Shown here one piece after another: positions 57,441 through 64,000 of a stretch of 64,000 nucleotides of DNA (positions within the stretch are counted from its first letter, which is position 1; each line of letters opens with the position of its first letter). The translations under genes and the position numbers were made by a program. Under the pieces are notes generated by a model. It saw only the letters and a list, made by a program, of their open reading frames with translations, ran no database searches and was not told where the DNA came from. The stretch is from an uncultured Clostridia bacterium (GTDB lineage Bacteria; Bacillota; Clostridia; Christensenellales; DTU072). The stretch is from contig CALVNL010000001.1 of NCBI GenBank assembly GCA_944349655.1, positions 51,809-115,808 of the forward strand, in the 5' to 3' direction.

Positions 57441-58974
57441 AACGCCTTTTATGGTTCAGCTCGAAGAAAAATTGCGCCCGGAGGAAAGAATTTTCAAATT
57501 CCGTTCCGCAGAACTCAGCGGAAAATATTTTACGTTGGAATTACTTGTTAATCATTCTTCTTACGATAAGGTACTGGACGACGGATTAAAAGACAAGGTG
57601 CTTGCCGCCGCCAAAGAAATAGTCCCTTCTTCTTTGATAAGCAAGATAAAATACGTAAAAGCGTCCACCGACGCCGATTCTGTAATCAGATATATCATCG
57701 AATACGTATTCAAATCAAATCCTTCGCTTTATCAGCAATTCAGCGAATCGGCCATTGACGTAAAAATAGAAAAGGATACTTTGTTTGTAAGCATAACGTT
57801 GGAAAAATTCCTCTACGAATATGCGGTAAAAAGTTCTTTGAAAGAGCAACTGGAAAATTACCTGGAAAAACGCGTAATGGAAGACGTAACGGTAGAAATT
57901 TATCAGGTTCCTAATTCCGAAGAGGAGACGGAACCTGTATTTCGCGCAGTGAACAAGACCGCATTGATCAGGACGGTGGAAGTCAACGTGGAAAAGTTCT
58001 TCTGCGGAAATTCCGCTCAACTTCCCAGATATATCTGCGACGTAAAAGGGAAAGAAGCCTCCGACGTTTGTCTTTGCGGAATTATTTCCAACGTAAAACG
58101 CAAGTATATCGAAAAATTAGATAAAGACCTCTATACTTTCCTTATAAACGATACTACGGGCAGTATTAAGGTAAAATATTTCGAGAAAAAAATCAAAAAC
58201 GTAAACTGGCAGGAAGTTTTTACAGAAGGTAAAACGCTCATAATGCAAGGTCAGATTAAGTTTGACACGTTCGATAGCGAGTATGAATTTTCTCCGAGAT
58301 CGATAGCCGAAGGTACTGTGGATTACAGCAGTATCAATATCAAGAGCGATTATCATACCGAACCTGCTCAATATATCCACGTTTTTCCTCAAAAAATAAC
58401 AGAAGGAGAACAAAACAACTTTTTTGCCGAAGAACTCAATCCCGAATTCAAGGACAAAGTTTTTGTGGTATTCGATCTGGAAACTACCGGAACCGACCCC
58501 GTAAACGATAGAATTATCGAAGTTTGCGGTGTCAAATTGATAAACGGAGAAATTTGTGAGAGTTTTCATACGTTGGTGGATCCGCAGATGCCTATTCCGG
58601 TGCAAGCGAGCGAAGTTAACCATATTACCGACGATATGGTGGCCGGACAGTTTACAGTGGAAGAAATATTGGGGGATTTCTATAAATTTACAAGGGGTAC
58701 TATTCTCGTTGCGCAAAACGCACCGTTCGATATGGGGTTTTTGAGAGTGAACGGAAACAAATACAAATACGATTTCGATAACAGTTTTGCCGATACTTTG
58801 GTTATGGCGAGGCGATTGCTCAACCTTAAGAAAAACGATCTCGGTTCGCTTTGCAAGTATTTTAATATAAATCTGACGGGGGCGCACAGAGCTTTGAACG
58901 ATGCGGTGGCGACGGCAAAACTTTTCGTCAAGCTGATGAATATGGAATATTCCAAAAACAAAAAAAATGCTTGA
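57433..58974 (+). CDS. PolC-derived protein: PolC-like N-terminal domain + OB fold + DEDDh 3'-5' exonuclease, with no PHP or polymerase modules
   Basis: 513 codons from ATG 57433 (GAGGAG SD 7 nt upstream). The OB region LYTFLINDTTGSIKVKYFEK...GKTLIMQGQIKFDTF parallels PolC LCIFKITDYTNSILIKMFAR...GMWVKARGSIQNDTF. Exo I FVVFDLETTG (58465-58494), Exo II AQNAPFDMGFL (58711-58743, a PolC-type signature), and Exo III HRALNDA (58885-58905). Confidence 0.75.
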   Translation: MNKTPFMVQLEEKLRPEERIFKFRSAELSGKYFTLELLVNHSSYDKVLDDGLKDKVLAAAKEIVPSSLISKIKYVKASTDADSVIRYIIEYVFKSNPSLYQQFSESAIDVKIEKDTLFVSITLEKFLYEYAVKSSLKEQLENYLEKRVMEDVTVEIYQVPNSEEETEPVFRAVNKTALIRTVEVNVEKFFCGNSAQLPRYICDVKGKEASDVCLCGIISNVKRKYIEKLDKDLYTFLINDTTGSIKVKYFEKKIKNVNWQEVFTEGKTLIMQGQIKFDTFDSEYEFSPRSIAEGTVDYSSINIKSDYHTEPAQYIHVFPQKITEGEQNNFFAEELNPEFKDKVFVVFDLETTGTDPVNDRIIEVCGVKLINGEICESFHTLVDPQMPIPVQASEVNHITDDMVAGQFTVEEILGDFYKFTRGTILVAQNAPFDMGFLRVNGNKYKYDFDNSFADTLVMARRLLNLKKNDLGSLCKYFNINLTGAHRALNDAVATAKLFVKLMNMEYSKNKKNA

Positions 58975-58999
58975 TTATATATTGAATATATGGTAATAT
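58971..58999 (+). promoter_or_regulatory. sigma-A promoter (extended -10) for the rimP-nusA-infB operon
   Basis: TTGATT (58971-58976), 17 nt, TGgTAATAT (58991-58999). Confidence 0.5.
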
Positions 59000-59023
59000 A
59001 ATAATTACTTAAAAGATTTGTTC

Positions 59024-59051
59024 TTGAGAGTGACCTTGACGGGTCACTCTC
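59024..59051 (+). promoter_or_regulatory. leader hairpin with a weak U-tract upstream of rimP (candidate NusA-dependent attenuator)
   Basis: Perfect 11-bp stem tgagagtgacc / ggtcactctca with a 6-nt loop, followed by atcgttt and then the AAGGAGG SD of rimP. Confidence 0.45.
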
Positions 59052-59072
59052 AATCGTTTAAGGAGGTATTTT

Positions 59073-59531
59073 TTGAACGAAGTAAGCAAAAGAGCCGAAG
59101 AGCTTTTCGCTCCGATCTTAAATAAAAACGGATACGAAATAGTGGAAATCCGTTTCGATAAACAATTCGGGGAGGATACTCTGACGGTTTTCGTTTACAA
59201 AAAAGGCGGTATTACGCTGGAGGATTGCGAAAAAATCAACGAATTACTGGATCCCGTTCTCGACGAAAACGATCTTACCGACGGGAAACCTTATACCTTT
59301 AACGTATCCAGTCCGGGATTGGATCGCCCTGTCGTAACGGACGACGATTTTCGTCGCAGTCTTGACACGGAATTGGAAGTTATTTTTCTAAAGCCTAAAG
59401 GAAAAGCCTTAAAGGCAAGCGGTACGCTGGTTGCTTACGACGACGAGTCGCTTACTTTGGTTTCCAAGGACAAAACCACTGTTTATAAAAGATCTGACAT
59501 TCAGACCGTAAGACCATATATTAAATTTTAA
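59073..59531 (+). CDS. rimP: ribosome maturation factor RimP
   Basis: TTG start with an AAGGAGG SD. VSSPGLDRP motif. Conserved position before nusA. Confidence 0.85.
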   Translation: MNEVSKRAEELFAPILNKNGYEIVEIRFDKQFGEDTLTVFVYKKGGITLEDCEKINELLDPVLDENDLTDGKPYTFNVSSPGLDRPVVTDDDFRRSLDTELEVIFLKPKGKALKASGTLVAYDDESLTLVSKDKTTVYKRSDIQTVRPYIKF

Positions 59532-59556
59532 CTATTACAGGAGGAACCTATCAAAA

Positions 59557-60627
59557 ATGATAAACAGAGAATTTTTTCTTGCGTTAGACGAACTTGAGAA
59601 AGAAAGAAAGCTCGATAAACAAATGCTTATTTCTTCCATCGAAGCCGGACTCGCTTCAGCTTATAAAAAAGAAATGGGCGAAAGTCGCGCCGTTTCCGCA
59701 AAGCTCAATCCCGAATCCGGAAAAATCGAATTTTACGCTTACCAGACAGTTGTGGACGGCGAACCGCAGGAAGACAGTCAGTTGTCTCTGGAAGAAGCCC
59801 GCGACGTAAAGCCCGACGCAAAAATAGGCGACGTTATAGGCGAAGATATTACTCCCAAAAGTTTGTCGAGAATAGCAGCGCAAACCGCAAAACAGGTTAT
59901 TATGCAGCGTATTAACGAAGCCATAAGAGAGCAGGTTGCCGCCGAAATGAACGATAAAGAAGGCGAACTCGTGCAGGCTATCGTCCGCAGGATAGAAAAT
60001 AATATCGTTTACGTGGAAATTACCAATTCTCAGATGGAAGGCGTAATGAACATAAACGACCAGGTTTACGGGGAAAAATACGAAATAGGCGATAAAATTA
60101 AAGTTTACGTCAAGAAAGTCAGAGATACCGTAAAAGGAACTCAAGTCGTCGTAAGCCGCAGCTGTGCGGGATTTGCCAAAAAGTTATTCGAAATGGAAGT
60201 TCCCGAGCTTCGCTCAGGACTTGTAAAAGTCAAAAATATAGTCCGCGAAGCGGGTAACCGTACCAAAATGGCCGTTTACAGCGACGACCCCAATCTCGAC
60301 GCTTTATCTGCCTGCATAGGACCTAAAGGCGAAAGAGTAAACAACGTCGCCAGAGAGCTTAACGGAGAAAAAATCGACGTTATTCTTTATACTTCCAATA
60401 TCAGAGAATATATCGTCCGCTGCCTCAATCCGCTTAAGAGTATCGTAGGACTTAAAGTAGACGAAGCGGCAGGAAAAGCTCAGGTAGTCGTACCCGACGA
60501 TAAACTCAGTCTGGCTATCGGCAAGGGCGGAATGAACGCGCGTCTTGCCGCAAGACTTACCGGACTTAAACTGGATATTAAACCCTTAAGCGAAGTAAGA
60601 GAACAGTTTGAGGCGGAAGAACAATAA
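59557..60627 (+). CDS. nusA: transcription termination/antitermination factor NusA
   Basis: N-terminal [26 protein letters not shown], an S1 domain and two KH domains ([21 protein letters not shown]). Confidence 0.97.
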   Translation: MINREFFLALDELEKERKLDKQMLISSIEAGLASAYKKEMGESRAVSAKLNPESGKIEFYAYQTVVDGEPQEDSQLSLEEARDVKPDAKIGDVIGEDITPKSLSRIAAQTAKQVIMQRINEAIREQVAAEMNDKEGELVQAIVRRIENNIVYVEITNSQMEGVMNINDQVYGEKYEIGDKIKVYVKKVRDTVKGTQVVVSRSCAGFAKKLFEMEVPELRSGLVKVKNIVREAGNRTKMAVYSDDPNLDALSACIGPKGERVNNVARELNGEKIDVILYTSNIREYIVRCLNPLKSIVGLKVDEAAGKAQVVVPDDKLSLAIGKGGMNARLAARLTGLKLDIKPLSEVREQFEAEEQ

Positions 60628-60905
60628 TGACGGAAAGAACAAAGAAAACTCCCTTACGTATGTGTATCGTATGCAAGGAAATGAAACCGAAAAACGAACT
60701 TCTCCGAATTGTCCGCAATCCGGAAGGGGAGTTTTTGTTCGATAAAAGCGGTAAAGCGAACGGAAGAGGCGCATATATTTGTGCCGAAGGCGATTGTGTG
60801 GAGAGGTGCCTGAAAAAGAAACTCTTAAACAAGGCCTTCAAAAGCAATCTCGACGAATCGGTATATGCAAAACTTTCGGAGGAATATGAATTCGGAAAAA
60901 GTTAA
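60627..60905 (+). CDS. ylxR: YlxR/RnpM-family DUF448 RNA-binding protein
   Basis: [21 protein letters not shown]...GRGAYIC. 92 aa. Confidence 0.85.
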   Translation: MTERTKKTPLRMCIVCKEMKPKNELLRIVRNPEGEFLFDKSGKANGRGAYICAEGDCVERCLKKKLLNKAFKSNLDESVYAKLSEEYEFGKS

Positions 60906-61185
60906 AACATATATAGGATTTGCCGTTAAAGCGGGAAAAATTATCTTCGGAACGGATAATTTGTTGGAAAAAAAGAAACACCCGAAAATTATTCTGACCG
61001 ATCCGTCGCTCAGCGACAACAGCCGCGAAAAGCTGAAAGGCTATGCGGAGAAAAAAGGTATAGATTTGATGGTATTGCCTATTTCGGAGTATTTTCCGGG
61101 GCGGAATTGCAAAGCTGTCGGAATAACCGAACCTAATTTGGCTGAAGCGGTAAAAAAGGAATTAAAGGAGAGCTATAGCGTATGA
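60886..61185 (+). CDS. ylxQ: L7Ae-family RNA-binding protein YlxQ
   Basis: 99 aa from ATG 60886. [12 protein letters not shown] matches the YlxQ/L7Ae pattern. The alternative start at 60865 cannot be excluded. Confidence 0.8.
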   Translation: MNSEKVKTYIGFAVKAGKIIFGTDNLLEKKKHPKIILTDPSLSDNSREKLKGYAEKKGIDLMVLPISEYFPGRNCKAVGITEPNLAEAVKKELKESYSV

Positions 61186-63581
61186 GCGAGAACAAAGTGA
61201 ACGTCAACGACAGACTGTCAATAGCTAAAAAAATTAAGGAAAACGAAGCCGTTTTAATCGGTTTAAGCGATCGAATCAAACGTTTATTGAGCTTAGCCGA
61301 AGAAAACAAAAGAATATTGGTAAATAAAAAGCAGGAATTTGTAATTATTGCGAAAGCGGAACAGGCAAAAGCGTCGGAACAAGACAACAAAGTTATTCCC
61401 GAAGTAAAAGAGGAAGCGCCGCAAGTTGTCGCAAAAGAAACGGTAAAAGAAGAAGCGCCGACGGAAGCCGTTAAGGAAGAAAAGAAGGCTCCCGTTTCGG
61501 ACGTTACTTTCCGTCCCGTTGTTCAGGAGAGAGAAAAATTCCGCGATATAACCACGGGTAATGCCGGTTATACTCACGAAAAGCCCGGACAAAAAGACGA
61601 CGGTTTTAAGAAAAAAGCACCTGTTCAGCTTGATAAAAAGAAAATTGACGACAAGAGAAAACTCAACAAAAAAGCCCGTATTCAAAAAGGTTACGAACAG
61701 GGCAGTGCAAGCGTTGAATACGATGAAATCAGCGGCGAAATTATGAAAATACGCGCCAGACGTTCCAATACGGACAAGAAAAAGCAGGCGCCGCAGACCG
61801 TGGTTACCGTTATCGACCACGCCGTACTTACCAGCGATACCGTTTCCATTAAGCAATTAAGCGAAAAGATAGGTAAAGGAGTATCGGAAATTCTTAAAAA
61901 ACTTTTCCTGGAGTTCGGCGTAATTAAAACAATTAACGACAGTATAGATTTCGACACTGCGGAACTTGTCAGTTCCACTTTCGGAATAACGCTCGAATTG
62001 CAACAGGAACAAACTTCGGAGGAAAAGCTTTACGCATTCCACGATGAGGACGAAAATGACGCCAATCTCGTTACCCGTCCGCCTATAGTTACCGTTATGG
62101 GACACGTTGACCACGGTAAAACTTCGATACTGGACTATATCAGAAAAGCTAACGTGGCTACCGGCGAAGCGGGCGGAATAACTCAGCATATCGGCGCTTA
62201 CACCATTTCCGTGCCTTATGAAGGAGAAGACAGATCCATAACGTTCCTGGATACTCCCGGACACGAAGCGTTTACGGCAATGAGAGCAAGAGGAGCCAAT
62301 ATTACCGACATAGTCGTTATAGTGGTAGCTGCCGACGACGGTATTATGCCTCAGACTATTGAAGCGATAAACCACGCAAAAGCCGCAAAAGTACCCATTA
62401 TCGTTGCGATTAACAAGATGGATAAGCCTACGGCAAATCCCGATAAAGTATTGCAGCAATTAAGCGAACACGGCATTTACGTTACCGAATGGAGCGGCGA
62501 CGTTCCTGCCGTAAGAGTCTCTGCAAAAACAGGTCTCGGAATAGACGAATTGCTTGAAAACATTCTTTTTGCGGCGGATTACTCGGAATTAAAAGCGAAT
62601 CCCGCTCGTAGCGCAAAAGGCGCCATTATCGAAGCGAAACTCGATAAAGGTAAAGGCCCCGTCGCTACCGTTCTGGTACAAAACGGCACTTTGCACACGG
62701 GTGACTTTATCGTAGCGGGTACCGCGATCGGAAGAATAAGAGCTATGTTCGACGATAAAGGCAAATCGGTAAACAGCGCTTTGCCGAGTACGCCCGTATC
62801 CATACTCGGTTTGCAGGACGTTCCTAACGCCGGCGATCAGATAATGGTGGTAAAAGACGAAAAACTTTCCAAACAAGTAGTCGAAGAACGTAAAAACCGT
62901 GAAAAAATCGAAAAACTCAAGGTACGTAAGGTTACGTTGGAAGACGTATTCAATAAAATCGAGGAAGGAAAGTTCAAAGAACTCAATCTTATATTGAAAG
63001 CCGACGTTCAAGGCTCGGTGGAAGCGGTAAAACAATCGCTTTTGCGTCTGTCCAACGACGAAGTAAAAGTACACGTCGTTCACGCAGGAGTCGGCGCAAT
63101 CAACGAATCCGACGTAACCCTCGCCGACACTACCGACGCAATTATTATAGGATTCAATATCCGTCCCGACAATAACGCCAAAGCGCTTGCTGAAAAAATA
63201 GGAGTTGACGTTAAGCTTTACAGAGTAATTTACGACGCCATCAACGACGTTACGCTGGCTATTAAGGGTATGCTTGCGCCGACCTATAAGGAAACTTATC
63301 TCGGGCGAGCGGAAGTCAGACAAACTTTCCACATCAGCAGCGTAGGAACTATAGCAGGATGTATGGTTAAGGACGGTAAAATTACCAGAAACGCACAGGT
63401 CAGATTGCTTCGTGACGGCGTAGTTATCGTAGAAACCACTATTTCCAGTCTTAAGCGTATGAAAGACGACGTTAAAGAAGTCAACAGCGGTTTCGACTGC
63501 GGCGTAGGACTGGAAAAATACAACGACGTCCGTGAAAACGACATTATTGAAGCGTTTATTATGGAGGAAGTGAAAAGGTGA
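61182..63581 (+). CDS. infB: translation initiation factor IF-2
   Basis: GTPase [23 protein letters not shown]. Lys/Glu-rich N-terminal region. 799 aa. Confidence 0.97.
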   Translation: MSENKVNVNDRLSIAKKIKENEAVLIGLSDRIKRLLSLAEENKRILVNKKQEFVIIAKAEQAKASEQDNKVIPEVKEEAPQVVAKETVKEEAPTEAVKEEKKAPVSDVTFRPVVQEREKFRDITTGNAGYTHEKPGQKDDGFKKKAPVQLDKKKIDDKRKLNKKARIQKGYEQGSASVEYDEISGEIMKIRARRSNTDKKKQAPQTVVTVIDHAVLTSDTVSIKQLSEKIGKGVSEILKKLFLEFGVIKTINDSIDFDTAELVSSTFGITLELQQEQTSEEKLYAFHDEDENDANLVTRPPIVTVMGHVDHGKTSILDYIRKANVATGEAGGITQHIGAYTISVPYEGEDRSITFLDTPGHEAFTAMRARGANITDIVVIVVAADDGIMPQTIEAINHAKAAKVPIIVAINKMDKPTANPDKVLQQLSEHGIYVTEWSGDVPAVRVSAKTGLGIDELLENILFAADYSELKANPARSAKGAIIEAKLDKGKGPVATVLVQNGTLHTGDFIVAGTAIGRIRAMFDDKGKSVNSALPSTPVSILGLQDVPNAGDQIMVVKDEKLSKQVVEERKNREKIEKLKVRKVTLEDVFNKIEEGKFKELNLILKADVQGSVEAVKQSLLRLSNDEVKVHVVHAGVGAINESDVTLADTTDAIIIGFNIRPDNNAKALAEKIGVDVKLYRVIYDAINDVTLAIKGMLAPTYKETYLGRAEVRQTFHISSVGTIAGCMVKDGKITRNAQVRLLRDGVVIVETTISSLKRMKDDVKEVNSGFDCGVGLEKYNDVRENDIIEAFIMEEVKR

Positions 63582-63937
63582 AGATAGAACGGGTCAATAA
63601 CGAATTGACGAAAGAACTCAATCTTATAGTAAGCAGGGAAATGAAAGACCCTCGTCTTAACGGGTTAGTGAGCATAACCGCCGTAGAAACCGCCAAGGAT
63701 TTGAAAATTGCTAAGGTTTTCGTCAGTATTATGGACGAGAAAAGCGAAAAAGACGCGCTTAACGCTCTTAACGGGGCTGCGTCTTTTATCAGAGGATTGT
63801 TGTTCGAGAGGTTAAAAATAAGAAACGTACCTCATTTTACTTTCGTTAAGGACAATTCCATTTCGCACAGTTTCAAAATAGAATCCATACTGAAAGAATT
63901 ACATTTATCGGATGAAAATAATGGCGACATACAATAA
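63578..63937 (+). CDS. rbfA: ribosome-binding factor A
   Basis: GTG start overlapping the infB stop. [23 protein letters not shown]. Confidence 0.9.
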   Translation: MKIERVNNELTKELNLIVSREMKDPRLNGLVSITAVETAKDLKIAKVFVSIMDEKSEKDALNALNGAASFIRGLLFERLKIRNVPHFTFVKDNSISHSFKIESILKELHLSDENNGDIQ

Positions 63938-64000
63938 AATTATAGATTTAATTGAAAAAAGTAAGGATATTGCGGTGTTTATGCACGCCAATCCCGACGG
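63921..64000 (+). CDS. DHH-family phosphoesterase, NrnA-like (first 26 codons only; truncated by the window end)
   Basis: [27 protein letters not shown] is the typical NrnA N-terminus up to the first DHH motif. Conserved position after rbfA. Confidence 0.55.
   Translation, partial: MATYNKIIDLIEKSKDIAVFMHANPD

Noticed and set aside
57433-58974. The truncated PolC-like gene could be a pseudogene fragment.
   Set aside because: The ORF is uninterrupted with a good SD, and all four DEDDh catalytic positions are intact. The 98 nt downstream contain a promoter and leader for rimP, not decayed polymerase sequence. An assembly artefact cannot be excluded from the sequence alone.
1-64000. I scanned for CRISPR arrays, IS/transposase or integrase genes, tRNA/rRNA genes, toxin-antitoxin pairs and defence islands.
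   Set aside because: I saw none. Intergenic regions are short (at most about 250 nt) and are accounted for by promoters, terminators, the SRP RNA and rnpB. This was an eye scan, so short or degenerate repeats could have been missed.

Overview
This is a core-chromosome window from an endospore-forming Firmicute with Clostridia-like gene order. I count about 61 protein genes and two structured RNAs, nearly all on the + strand. Gene order: rqcH(-) | DUF512-der-aminotransferase | spoIVA | hflX | GNAT(-) | SRP RNA | pepF-orphan-dnaB | tig | clpP-clpX | engB | Cys-rich orphan | metallophosphoesterase | dcw cluster mraZ-rsmH-(ftsL slot)-pbp-murE-mraY-murD-ftsW/spoVE-murA-ftsQ-(ftsA-like)-ftsZ | spoIIGA-sigE-sigG | ylmC | nrdR-rlu | sigK | rnpB(-) | 2,465-codon cyclic beta-1,2-glucan synthase-like gene | rarA-rbr | ABC pair-ruvX-DUF1292 | rpsB-tsf | pyrH | frr-uppS-cdsA-dxr-rseP-ispG-(polC slot) | rimP-nusA-ylxR-ylxQ-infB-rbfA-nrnA(partial). 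I saw no mobile elements, CRISPR arrays, tRNAs or rRNAs by eye. No self-contained novel multi-gene system is evident; the unusual content is single genes sitting in conserved slots. (1) The conserved polC position holds a 513-codon protein with only the PolC N-terminal, OB and proofreading exonuclease modules, and no PHP or polymerase. (2) A giant GT84 + glucanase-like + GH94 cyclic-glucan-synthase-like gene lies next to an antisense-oriented rnpB. (3) The ftsA slot encodes an FtsA homologue whose nucleotide-binding motifs are all degenerate. (4) A monocistronic Cys-rich, beta-rich 200-aa orphan has a mother-cell-type promoter and may be a spore-surface protein. (5) Three genes have a sigma-A -10 box 6-7 nt from the ATG and no Shine-Dalgarno (SD), which suggests leaderless mRNAs. 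All calls rest on reading the translated ORFs and motifs by eye; no database search was run.
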